DNA of 64,000 nucleotides from an uncultured Ignavibacteriales bacterium (GTDB taxonomy: Bacteria; Zixibacteria; MSB-5A5; GN15; FEB-12), in assembly GCA_964464605.1 (NCBI GenBank), contig CAYXJN010000001.1, positions 255,068 to 319,067 on the forward strand, written 5' to 3'. Every line of letters starts with the position of its first letter. The first letter of the stretch is position 1. The notes below the pieces were generated by a model. The model searched no databases. It was not told the origin of the DNA and was given only the letters and a program-made list of their open reading frames with translations. Below, piece after piece: positions 46,933-56,054 of this stretch. The position numbers and the translations under genes were made by a program.

Positions 46933-49900
46933 ATGAAATTCGCACCGTTTGTACATCTGCATACGCATACCCAGTATTCCCTGCTGGATGGCGCCAACCG
47001 GATTGATGACCTGATCGCCAAGGCGGTCGCGTACAAAATGCCGGCTTTGGCCATGACCGACCACGGCAACATGTTCGGGGCCATTGAGTTCTACAAAAAA
47101 GCGACCAAAGCGGCGCTCAAGCCGATTATCGGATGCGAAGCATATCTGGCGCATGGCAGCCGCCATGACAAAAAGCCCTCCAACAAATACCCGGACGGCG
47201 GGTTCCACTTGCTTTTGCTGGCTAAGAACCTGACCGGATACAAGAACCTGATGAAGCTGACTTCCTACGGCTACCTTGAAGGGTTCTACCATCGCCCGCG
47301 CCTCGACAAAGAACTGCTGCGTAAACACTCAGAAGGGTTGATTGCTACCTCCGCCTGTTTGCAGGGGGAAGTGAACTGGCACCTGATGAACGGATACACC
47401 GATGAAGCAGTTGCGTATGCCCGCGAAATGGAAGAGATATTCGGTAAAGGAAACTTCTATTTAGAAATCCAGAATCACGGTCTTGAACTCGAACGGCAGT
47501 TAGTGCCGAAAGTTATCGCTGTCTCCAAAGAAACCGGTATTCCGCTTATCGCAACTAACGATTGCCACTATTTGAATCAGGAAGATTGGGAAGCGCATGA
47601 TGCGCTCGTCTGTATTCAGACCGGAAAATTTATTTCTGATACTGACCGTCTTCGCTACGGCACCGACCAGATTTACTTCAAAAGCGCCGAGGAAATGAAA
47701 CAAGCGCTCGGTGAATATCCACAGGCGCTTGAAAATACGCTGCATATCGCTGAATCTTGCAACGTCGAACTCGAACTTGGCAAACTGCTTTTACCGCAAT
47801 TCCCGTTACCGACGCCATACAAAGATGCGGATAAATTTCTTTTCGATAAATGCATGGAAGGGCTGAAAGCCCATTACGGCGAACCGTTATCCGATGTTGT
47901 TATCAAACGGCTCGATTATGAACTCGGCGTTATTCGTCAGATGGGATACGCCGGATATTTCCTCATCGTAAAAGATTTCTGTGATTACGCCCGCTCACAG
48001 AACATACGCGTCGGTCCGGGTCGTGGTTCGGCTGCGGGTTCGTTGGTTTCGTATGCGCTCGGTATTACGAGTGTCGATCCTATCGCCTTCGACTTGGTGT
48101 TCGAACGCTTCTTGAATCCGGAACGTATTTCGATGCCTGATATCGATATCGATTTCGCCGACCGCGGTCGGGATAAAATTATCGAATACGTTATCAATAA
48201 GTACGGCTCAGACAATGTTTGCCAGATCATTACCTTCGGAACGATGGCCGCACGCGCAGTGGTGCGGGATGTCGGCCGTGTATTGGGCGTATCGTACACA
48301 GAAGTCGATAAAATCGCCAAACTGATTCCGCTTCGTGTCGACATGACACTCGATGTCGCATTAAAACAAGTGCCGGAGCTCACGCAGATGGCGGAGAATG
48401 ATCCGGTAATCGACAAACTGCTTCGCTTCTCACGCACCCTTGAAGGATTAGCGCGCCACTGTTCCACCCACGCCGCCGGTGTGGTGATTGCCCCCTCTGC
48501 GCTCACCAACTATGTGCCGCTGTTCAAAGGGAGCAACGATGAAATAACGACCCAGTACGACATGAAAATGGTCGAAGAGGTCGGCCTTTTGAAAATGGAC
48601 TTCTTAGGTCTGCGCACCCTTACCGTTATCGATGACAGCATTCGGTTGATTCAGGAAACCCATCCCGGTGTAGAGATCAATGTCGACAACCTCACGCTCG
48701 ATGATCCGAAAGTCTATGCACTGTTTTCACGCGGCGAAACGATGGGGATATTCCAGTTTGAATCTCCCGGTATGCGTGACTACTTACGTAGATTAAAACC
48801 CGAAACGTTTACTGACATCACCGCAATGAACGCGCTCTACCGTCCGGGTCCGCTCGATTCAGGAATGATCGATATTTATATTGAACGGAAAAAAGGCGGC
48901 AAGATTACGTTTTTGCATCCCGCGCTTGAAGAAATTCTCGGTTCAACATACGGCGTAATCGTGTTTCAGGAGCAGGTGCTTCGTATCGCTAATTCACTTG
49001 CCGGTTACTCGATGGGTAAAGCTGATTTGCTGCGCAAAGCGATGGGTAAAAAAGATGCGGCGCTCATGGCCGATCAGAAGAAAGAATTTTTAGCCGGAAC
49101 CGATCATCACAAAATTAATCGCAAAGTATCGGAAGAAGTATTCAACCAGATCGAAACCTTCGCCCGTTACGGATTCAACAAAGCGCACTCTACCTGCTAT
49201 GCGTTGGTCGCATATCAGACTGCGTGGCTGAAATCCCATTATCCGAGCGAGTTCATGGCGGCATCGATGTCCTCCGAAATGAACAATTCGGATCGAATCA
49301 ATGATCTTTTGGAAGAATGCCGTAAGATGCGCATTACCGTTTCTGCGCCGGATGTGAATAAATCCCGAGCCGATTTCTCGGTGCATGAAAACAAAATTCT
49401 ATTCGGATTGCAGGCGATCAAAAACGTCGGTGAAGGATTAGCCCGCAAAATAGTCGAAGAACGAATGAAAGATGGCCCGTTCAAAGATTTGGGCGATTTG
49501 GTCAGCCGTGTTTCCGTTCGCGTACTCAATCGCCGGACGCTTGAGTCATTAATCGCCGCAGGTGCGTGTGATTCGTTGCCGGGCAACCGGGCGCAGAAAT
49601 ATGACGCGGTCGAGTCATTCTTGGATTTCGGCCAACGGGTATCGCAGGTAACCAACACTCATGACCTGTTCGCCGGTATGGAAAGCGCACCGCAACACAA
49701 AGCTCCTTTGCTCATAGATATTCCGGAATGGTCAGCCGCAGACAAACTGGCCAAAGAGAAAGAAACGCTCGGATTTTACATATCCGGCCACCCGCTTGAT
49801 AAATTCCGGGCCGAACTCAAGCAATTTACCAGTACCCAGATCGGCAATTTGATCAATTTGGCTGACGGTCGGGAAGTGACTGTGGGCGGAATCGTCTCAA

Positions 49901-50376
49901 AAATTAAGACTAAGTTAGACAAAAAAGAGAAATGGATGGCCTTTGTTACCCTGGAAGGGTACACCGGGTCGGTCGAATTGATAGTTTTTTCGGATAATTA
50001 CGAAAAAAACCGGGAAATCCTGAAAGCTGACAAAATGGTGCTTATAACCGGGCGGCTTTCGACCCGGGAGGAGCAGACCCCCAAAATCGTGGTTTCGGAT
50101 GTTGTAGCCCTTGAAAAAGTTGCGGAACACTACGACTGCCAATTGGTTATAAAGTTGGAGCCGGAACGCTCCGATACCCTGATGCAGAAGGTGCTGGAGA
50201 TGCTGGAACGGTATCGGGGAAATACCTCGGTGCTTTTTTCAGCGCGCGAAAACGGTTCTGAAGTGTATATTAAATCAAAGAGGTATATGGTGTCCCCAGA
50301 TTTCGATATGCTCCATCGCCTCAAAGAGATGGTAGGTGAATCCAGCGCTTACCTCAGACCTCTGCAACGGAAATAA
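46933..50376 (+). CDS. dnaE: DNA polymerase III alpha subunit
   Basis: HLHTHTQYSLLDG PHP domain, GPGRGSAAGS, FERFLNPER.SMPDIDIDF, KMDFLGL, YGFNKAHS, OB fold. Confidence 0.98.
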   Translation: MKFAPFVHLHTHTQYSLLDGANRIDDLIAKAVAYKMPALAMTDHGNMFGAIEFYKKATKAALKPIIGCEAYLAHGSRHDKKPSNKYPDGGFHLLLLAKNLTGYKNLMKLTSYGYLEGFYHRPRLDKELLRKHSEGLIATSACLQGEVNWHLMNGYTDEAVAYAREMEEIFGKGNFYLEIQNHGLELERQLVPKVIAVSKETGIPLIATNDCHYLNQEDWEAHDALVCIQTGKFISDTDRLRYGTDQIYFKSAEEMKQALGEYPQALENTLHIAESCNVELELGKLLLPQFPLPTPYKDADKFLFDKCMEGLKAHYGEPLSDVVIKRLDYELGVIRQMGYAGYFLIVKDFCDYARSQNIRVGPGRGSAAGSLVSYALGITSVDPIAFDLVFERFLNPERISMPDIDIDFADRGRDKIIEYVINKYGSDNVCQIITFGTMAARAVVRDVGRVLGVSYTEVDKIAKLIPLRVDMTLDVALKQVPELTQMAENDPVIDKLLRFSRTLEGLARHCSTHAAGVVIAPSALTNYVPLFKGSNDEITTQYDMKMVEEVGLLKMDFLGLRTLTVIDDSIRLIQETHPGVEINVDNLTLDDPKVYALFSRGETMGIFQFESPGMRDYLRRLKPETFTDITAMNALYRPGPLDSGMIDIYIERKKGGKITFLHPALEEILGSTYGVIVFQEQVLRIANSLAGYSMGKADLLRKAMGKKDAALMADQKKEFLAGTDHHKINRKVSEEVFNQIETFARYGFNKAHSTCYALVAYQTAWLKSHYPSEFMAASMSSEMNNSDRINDLLEECRKMRITVSAPDVNKSRADFSVHENKILFGLQAIKNVGEGLARKIVEERMKDGPFKDLGDLVSRVSVRVLNRRTLESLIAAGACDSLPGNRAQKYDAVESFLDFGQRVSQVTNTHDLFAGMESAPQHKAPLLIDIPEWSAADKLAKEKETLGFYISGHPLDKFRAELKQFTSTQIGNLINLADGREVTVGGIVSKIKTKLDKKEKWMAFVTLEGYTGSVELIVFSDNYEKNREILKADKMVLITGRLSTREEQTPKIVVSDVVALEKVAEHYDCQLVIKLEPERSDTLMQKVLEMLERYRGNTSVLFSARENGSEVYIKSKRYMVSPDFDMLHRLKEMVGESSAYLRPLQRK

Positions 50377-50402
50377 TGTAGCCTCAGAAACGGATATACC
50401 CG

Positions 50403-51038
50403 ATGAAGACAGTAAAATTGTTCATGATGACTCTGGCTGTCGCAGGTCTGTTAGCTGCCAGCGTAGTAACGCAGACCACGCAGAAAACCGCGACCCAAAA
50501 ACCGGCAACGGCGACTAAATCAACTACCCAAGCCAAAGCCACGCAAAAACCAGCAGCCACTACCCCGACCACTCCTGCTGCTGCGAAAATTGAATGGGTA
50601 ACCTATGACGTCGGTATCCAGCGCGCTAAAAAAGAAAACAAGCACGTGGTAGTCGACTTTACGACCTCATGGTGCGGCTGGTGCAAAAAAATGGAAGCGG
50701 AAACATTCTCCGATTCAGCCGTTATCAAGCTGATGAATGACAATTTCGTAAGCGTCAAAGTTATCGGTGATTCCGAACGGAAACTCGATATTGACGGATA
50801 TAAAATTTCCGAAGAAGATCTTACCAGACAAACCTTCGGTGTGCGCGGATTTCCGGCCTTTGCGTTCTTGACTGCTGAAGGGCAGAGTCTCGGTACCCTG
50901 CCCGGCTACCGCCCGAAAGATCAGTTCGTAGAACTGCTGAATTTCGTGAAAGACAAAAAGTACCTTGAGGAAATGAAACAGCAGGAAGAGCAGAAACAGA
51001 AGGACGCCGCGCCGAAGTCGACCACGGGGAACAACTAA
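50403..51038 (+). CDS. Exported thioredoxin-fold protein (SoxW/DUF255-like), CGWC
   Basis: Signal peptide, T/K/Q/A-rich linker, DFTTSWCGWCKKMEAETF, GVRGFP, PGYRP. Confidence 0.85.
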   Translation: MKTVKLFMMTLAVAGLLAASVVTQTTQKTATQKPATATKSTTQAKATQKPAATTPTTPAAAKIEWVTYDVGIQRAKKENKHVVVDFTTSWCGWCKKMEAETFSDSAVIKLMNDNFVSVKVIGDSERKLDIDGYKISEEDLTRQTFGVRGFPAFAFLTAEGQSLGTLPGYRPKDQFVELLNFVKDKKYLEEMKQQEEQKQKDAAPKSTTGNN

Positions 51039-51110
51039 GCGGTTTGCTTTTTAGTCTGCGGTGACCTATTTTCCGTAGTTGAACGATTTGCTATCGATGA
51101 GGGAGAGCGT

Positions 51111-51671
51111 ATGAAATCATTGTTTACTGCCACGGGCGTCTTGGCTTTGCTGCTTTTTGTATCCTGTTCAACTGATCTTTCTCCCGTTCCTGAACCACAA
51201 CCTGCCGAAGAAATAAACTGGGTCGGTTACGATGAAGGGCTGCAAATGGCGCAAGCAGCGCATAAGCCGGTTTATATCGATTTCACGGCCGAGTGGTGCT
51301 ATTGGTGCGATGTTATGGAGCAGGAAACATTCGCCAACCCCACCGTCGCCCATATGCTGAACAACGACTTTATTCCGGTTCGCCTCAATATCGATTCACA
51401 ACGGAAAATGAACGTTAACGGGCAGGTAATGACTGAACGGGAAATCGCTAAGACTATCTATAAAGTTTCCGGTATTCCTACCAATACGTTTCTTGAGCAT
51501 GATGGAAACCATATCGGAACATTTCCCGGTTATCGGCCGGCGGGAACTTTTCTTCCTGTCCTGCAATTTGTCAAAGATAAACGCTACACCACTGAACAGA
51601 ACCTTATGCCGGCGATCATACCGATAGCAGAGGGGTTTTCTCCTTTGTCGGCGGACCGTCCGAAAGAATAA
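51111..51671 (+). CDS. Thioredoxin-fold lipoprotein (SoxW/DUF255-like), CYWC
   Basis: FVSC lipobox, DFTAEWCYWCDVMEQETF, VSGIP, PGYRP. Confidence 0.85.
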   Translation: MKSLFTATGVLALLLFVSCSTDLSPVPEPQPAEEINWVGYDEGLQMAQAAHKPVYIDFTAEWCYWCDVMEQETFANPTVAHMLNNDFIPVRLNIDSQRKMNVNGQVMTEREIAKTIYKVSGIPTNTFLEHDGNHIGTFPGYRPAGTFLPVLQFVKDKRYTTEQNLMPAIIPIAEGFSPLSADRPKE

Positions 51672-51697
51672 GACTGAGGAAGGAAATAGTTACAGCA

Positions 51698-52258
51698 ATG
51701 ACTGGTCGGCTTCGAACAAACCAATTACTTCATATTGTTATTCTCTTTTCTTTTCTCCTTTTTCTTTCCTGCTCCGGCGGTGACAAAAGCGGTAAAGCGG
51801 ATACACAGCAAAATCAAACGGCGCAAGCGCAGAAGGCATCGGTCGTTACTTTTGCTGCGGCTGATCTGGACGGCACTATTCATCAATCATCGGAATGGAT
51901 CGGGCAGAAACCGGTTGTTATCAACTTTTGGGGAACTTGGTGCGGACCGTGCCGCAATGAAATTCCGGAATTAGTGCGTGTCTATAATGAATACCAAGCG
52001 CAAGGAATCGAAATTATCAGTATTGCTGTTAATGACACACCCGACCGGGTGCGTGACTATGCCGCGCAAGCAGGGATGAATTGGGTGCATCTAATGGCCG
52101 AAAAGCAGATACTTATCGACTACAAAGCTACCACCGGTATTCCGACGACTATTTTTCTTGATAAAAACGGGAAGGAAGTTCACCGTTTTATCGGCTTTCA
52201 GGGCTATGATGAATTCAAACAGGCGTTTGAATATCTTGCTGCTCAACCGGTATCGTAA
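51698..52258 (+). CDS. TlpA/ResA-family disulfide reductase lipoprotein
   Basis: FLSC lipobox, VVINFWGTWCGPCRNEIP, GIPTTIFLDKNG. Confidence 0.9.
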   Translation: MTGRLRTNQLLHIVILFSFLLFLSCSGGDKSGKADTQQNQTAQAQKASVVTFAAADLDGTIHQSSEWIGQKPVVINFWGTWCGPCRNEIPELVRVYNEYQAQGIEIISIAVNDTPDRVRDYAAQAGMNWVHLMAEKQILIDYKATTGIPTTIFLDKNGKEVHRFIGFQGYDEFKQAFEYLAAQPVS

Positions 52259-52277
52259 AAAATCGATTTGCAATTTC

Positions 52278-52307
52278 AGGCGCTCTTGTTCAGAGCGCCT
52301 TTTTTTT
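52278..52307 (+). terminator. Intrinsic terminator after the dnaE-thioredoxin run
   Basis: AGGCGCTCT tgttc AGAGCGCCT followed by a T-run. Confidence 0.85.
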
Positions 52308-52499
52308 ATTATTGTAGAGAAGTTTCAACGCTTAGGCGGCACACACTTTAGGGGGTGATCCCCATACATTCCTGTTTTTTCCCTTTACATACCAAGTCCG
52401 CGATTATGTCTAACTTTCCCTTATCCATACTCTTACCCGTTTCGGCATGCTTTCTGAATCCCTACTACGGACTCAAGGCATGTTTCGAAAGGATTCAGG

Positions 52500-53039
52500 A
52501 TGGCAGCTAAACTTCCTCTTATCTGTACCGTAGCAGGAGTTCTCTTTATCAACGGGCAAGCTATCTGTTCTGAAGAGCAAAGCGTCGAAGAACAAAACTA
52601 TCAGGCATCAGCACCTCAAAAAGAAAAAGCAGAATTAGATTTACCTCTGTCGGAAAAGCTGACAGAATCAATTATGCGCTGGTATGACGCCGTCGCCGAC
52701 GGCAACGCCAAAAAGATCGTTGAGAAAAGACGACAGATGCTGGATCTGATAACTGACGACATCAAGTCATTCGAATCGATAGTCAAACGACTCGAAAAAG
52801 AATCTGCCGCTGCCCGTGAACAGAGCGCTTTCGCTGAACCGGTTGACCGATCACGGGAAGTAGAAGCGCGGGAAATCCTGCGTAACAAGAAGCTTTTGGT
52901 ATCCGCTATCAAAGAGGCCAACTCATTCGGGGAAACCTACCGTCTGCTTGGGGATTATCTCTATCTGGTCCGGCAAAGTGAGCAGCCGGCCAGGGCTGAA
53001 ACACCCGATAGCTGTGCTTTGAGCGACACTCTGAAATAG
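52500..53039 (+). CDS. Hypothetical exported helical protein
   Basis: Signal-peptide-like N-terminus, charged coiled-coil-like body, SD AAAGGA. Confidence 0.6.
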   Translation: MAAKLPLICTVAGVLFINGQAICSEEQSVEEQNYQASAPQKEKAELDLPLSEKLTESIMRWYDAVADGNAKKIVEKRRQMLDLITDDIKSFESIVKRLEKESAAAREQSAFAEPVDRSREVEAREILRNKKLLVSAIKEANSFGETYRLLGDYLYLVRQSEQPARAETPDSCALSDTLK

Positions 53040-53108
53040 CTTAACTCATCCCTTTTAGCGTCAGTTGTTTTTGTTGGCAAGACCAACCTCGGACGCTTTT
53101 TTTATGGC

Positions 53109-54116
53109 ATGCGCCGCATATTTCCTGTCATTACGGTTATTGCCGCCATTTTTGGATTTACGTCAATCGTCCAAGCCGATGAGTTTGGGTATGTGTTTTG
53201 CCAATCCACCCCATCCGGCGCCATAGTTTCCTTTGATCATATCGATTCAGTCAGTTTCGAAACACCCTTTATGCGGACAATGGATGTCGGCGAGCACCGT
53301 GCAACAGTAACGCTTCCCGGGTATACACGCAAAAACGTTACGTTTCGGGTCGGTGCAAATGAAGTCACTAAATTGAATGTCGATTTTACGGAGGGTGACA
53401 AAACGCCAACCACTACCGAGGTGCTTGGTCCTATCGAATGGGAAACCGGCAAACTGACAGTATTAGCCGATCGGCAGGCGGTGATTTATCTCGACGATAA
53501 AAAACTGGATCTGACTGCGCCGGCAACGTTTGAAAAAATAAAAATAGGGTCGCATCAGATTGCCCTTGAACATAACGGAGAAACGTTCAGCACCCCGCTC
53601 GTTATTAAAGGTGGGGAAGTAAACAAAGTGGAGGCGTTATTCGACTCTTCCGTCTCTCCGCGCGGAATACTCTGGCCCCGCCCGGTCGTAACGGTTCACC
53701 TGACGCTTGAGCTTCCGGCTTGCGATTACCGGGTACGGGAAAGCAACCCGCGACCCGACAGTAATTCCTCGTTTCGCGGTGTGGACAATCAGGTGCGTAT
53801 CAACGGACTTGAAGAAGTGGTGATGATAACTTCATCAACACTTTTGAAACCGACACAGTTTCAGGATAAGGAATTACACGGGCTTATCACCGGCGGCGAT
53901 ACCGTAATCGTACGTCAATTGGAAGTGCCGATCGACTCATTGATGAAATTCGAGTTCAATATCTTTGCGAACCCGGTCGGTAAATTTCGTAACCGTAAAG
54001 AAGTAACCGAGATACTGAAGCGCCATCGCGTCGCCGCCAATTTCAACAATGGGCGGGATATTCATGTGAAAGTGCAGATTCAGCCGGATGGGGATTTGAT
54101 TTTCCGTTACTGGTAG
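53109..54116 (+). CDS. PEGA domain-containing exported protein
   Basis: Signal peptide; 'STPSGAIV...ETP...GEHRATVTLPGY' and a second 'G.LTV...A.IYLD...GSHQI' repeat. Confidence 0.75.
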   Translation: MRRIFPVITVIAAIFGFTSIVQADEFGYVFCQSTPSGAIVSFDHIDSVSFETPFMRTMDVGEHRATVTLPGYTRKNVTFRVGANEVTKLNVDFTEGDKTPTTTEVLGPIEWETGKLTVLADRQAVIYLDDKKLDLTAPATFEKIKIGSHQIALEHNGETFSTPLVIKGGEVNKVEALFDSSVSPRGILWPRPVVTVHLTLELPACDYRVRESNPRPDSNSSFRGVDNQVRINGLEEVVMITSSTLLKPTQFQDKELHGLITGGDTVIVRQLEVPIDSLMKFEFNIFANPVGKFRNRKEVTEILKRHRVAANFNNGRDIHVKVQIQPDGDLIFRYW

Positions 54117-54117
54117 T

Positions 54118-55185
54118 CTAATAGCCGATGCTGGACGTATCCGCTTTATCTTTATCCCGTTTCTTTTTCGAAAGCTCTCCGTTGAATTTCATCATCTGAA
54201 ATCCTAAGGAAGAATCGCGAACAAAAAGTGCATGCAGTACGCTGTCGGACTCACGAAACATTTTATTTTGCGCATAGGCAATACCCAGCCCGATATGCGC
54301 TCTATAAAAGGCGGTGTCCACAGCAATAGCGCGGCGGAACTGCTCTGCCGCTTCTTTATAGCGCTCCTGATCGATGTACAGCATTCCGAGTGATTGGAGG
54401 CATTGCAGATGTTTGCCGTTTTGTTCCAGCGCCCGTTTGTAGTTCGCTTCCGCTTTTCCTAATTGTCCTTTGTTCTTTTGAATAGCGGCGAGAAAGTAAA
54501 ACAGGTCGTCACTGGTGCCGCCGGCATCAATCGCGCGGTTGTAATACGTTTCAGCGGAATCGAATTGCTTGGTCTGGGCATAGCAGTTTCCTACTAAATA
54601 CATCGCTTCCGTGTTGGCGGAATCATACTGTATCGCCCGGCGCAAAAGCGGCAAGGCCTGGCTGATTCGTCCTGACAATTGATACTGCTGACCGAGATTG
54701 AACAGATACACCGATTCGTTGGAATCCGCCGCTACCGCCTGCGAAAAATAACGAGTCGCATCATCCTGTCTTTTTTCATTGTTGGCCATAACGCCGAGAT
54801 TGTTTAATACAACGGGATCGCCCGGTTTGATCGTAAGCGCTTTGTCAAACCAGCGTCTTGCCGCTTTGTAATCCCCCAATGAGGATGCTATCAATCCGAG
54901 GTTGCGAATCGCTTCCAGATTAAGACTGTCATACCGAAGCGCATTTTCGTAATGGGTGCGGGCTTTTTCAAAGTTGCGGCCATGCATTGCCATTCCGCCA
55001 CCGCTGAGTTGAATTTGCAAAGAATCGTTCGGATTAACCTGTTCTTCACTTTGCGTGAGAATTGGCAATACAAATAAGAAGCAGAGAAACAGCGGTAAGG
55101 TTTTCAGCCGGCCGAATAACCGACGAAGGCTGGTCATAATCAGGGAAGTTCCTTCGCCTGTTTTGGTTTTTTCTGACATATTCAC
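54118..55185 (-). CDS. Tetratricopeptide repeat protein, probably exported (start may be ATG 55137)
   Basis: Multiple TPRs (NLG...A...F.KAL, NNLG, FNLG, LGMLY). Confidence 0.85.
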   Translation of the reverse strand: MNMSEKTKTGEGTSLIMTSLRRLFGRLKTLPLFLCFLFVLPILTQSEEQVNPNDSLQIQLSGGGMAMHGRNFEKARTHYENALRYDSLNLEAIRNLGLIASSLGDYKAARRWFDKALTIKPGDPVVLNNLGVMANNEKRQDDATRYFSQAVAADSNESVYLFNLGQQYQLSGRISQALPLLRRAIQYDSANTEAMYLVGNCYAQTKQFDSAETYYNRAIDAGGTSDDLFYFLAAIQKNKGQLGKAEANYKRALEQNGKHLQCLQSLGMLYIDQERYKEAAEQFRRAIAVDTAFYRAHIGLGIAYAQNKMFRESDSVLHALFVRDSSLGFQMMKFNGELSKKKRDKDKADTSSIGY

Positions 55186-55241
55186 TTATACACCGGGAGT
55201 CTGTTTCGATACCGAAGTTTGTTGCGCAGCAAATCCGGCGT

Positions 55242-55910
55242 TTACCGGGCTACCCGTTTCGGAGTATGGTTATTGACCAGCGCAAAGGAAAGATACTCAA
55301 GCTCCATCGACATATTTTCCGTTCGGACATACACATCATCCGGTACTTTCAGATGCACCGGCGCGAAATTAAGAATCGCTTTTACGCCAGCGCTGACAAT
55401 TGTATCGGTAATTCCCTGTGCAGCCGAACCGGGAACGGCCAAGACGACAATTTCGATTCCATTCTGCTTGAGTTCCTCTTCGAGATTTTTGATATCGGAA
55501 ACGGTGATCCCTTTATGGTTCGATCCGACTTTGCGCTGATCATTATCAAAAAGCTGAACGATATTGAATCCCTGCTTGGTGAATTCTTTGTATGATACAA
55601 GTGCCGATCCGATGTTTCCGATACCGACAAGCGCGACTTTCCAACTGCGATCGATTCCTAAAATCGCGCCGATTCTGGCTTTGAGTTCTAATACCGGATA
55701 TCCTAATCCTCGTGTTCCAAACGATCCAAAAAAGGACAGGTCTTTGCGAACTTGCGCCGGCGTCAGTTTTTCCCGCTTGGCCAGATCTTTGGAGGAGATT
55801 GTTTTCTGATTTTCCTTTTCAAGTTGCGTCAGGATACGATAGTACAATGACAACCGATGAATCGTCGATTCTGAAATTCTTTTTTTCATAGTTCTGCTAT
55901 TGTCGGTCAT
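55242..55910 (-). CDS. rex: Redox-sensing transcriptional repressor Rex
   Basis: TIHRLSLYYR, ISS, QVRKDLSFFGSFG.RG.GY, GIGNIGSAL, ILNFAP. Confidence 0.95.
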   Translation of the reverse strand: MTDNSRTMKKRISESTIHRLSLYYRILTQLEKENQKTISSKDLAKREKLTPAQVRKDLSFFGSFGTRGLGYPVLELKARIGAILGIDRSWKVALVGIGNIGSALVSYKEFTKQGFNIVQLFDNDQRKVGSNHKGITVSDIKNLEEELKQNGIEIVVLAVPGSAAQGITDTIVSAGVKAILNFAPVHLKVPDDVYVRTENMSMELEYLSFALVNNHTPKRVAR

Positions 55911-55944
55911 AACCAGATTCCTCTTCAGGCGTACCCCGAGGGAA

Positions 55945-55966
55945 TTTTGTGAAAACCTTCACAAAA
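55945..55966. promoter_or_regulatory. Rex operator
   Basis: Perfect TTGTGAA-AACC-TTCACAA (55947-55964), palindrome extends 2 bp each side; lies between divergent rex and the YyaL-like gene. Confidence 0.88.
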
Positions 55967-56054
55967 AGTATACCCCGCCCGGTAAAGGGTGTCAAGCCTA
56001 TTCTCTTTTGCGAACCGGCTTGTAATTGCCATACCAATTGTTACCTTCTTCTCT

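Noticed and set aside
52441..52459. Possible sigma54 promoter CGGCATGCTTTCTGAA
   Set aside because: Has GG-N10-GA rather than GC and lacks the leading TGG; too weak to call
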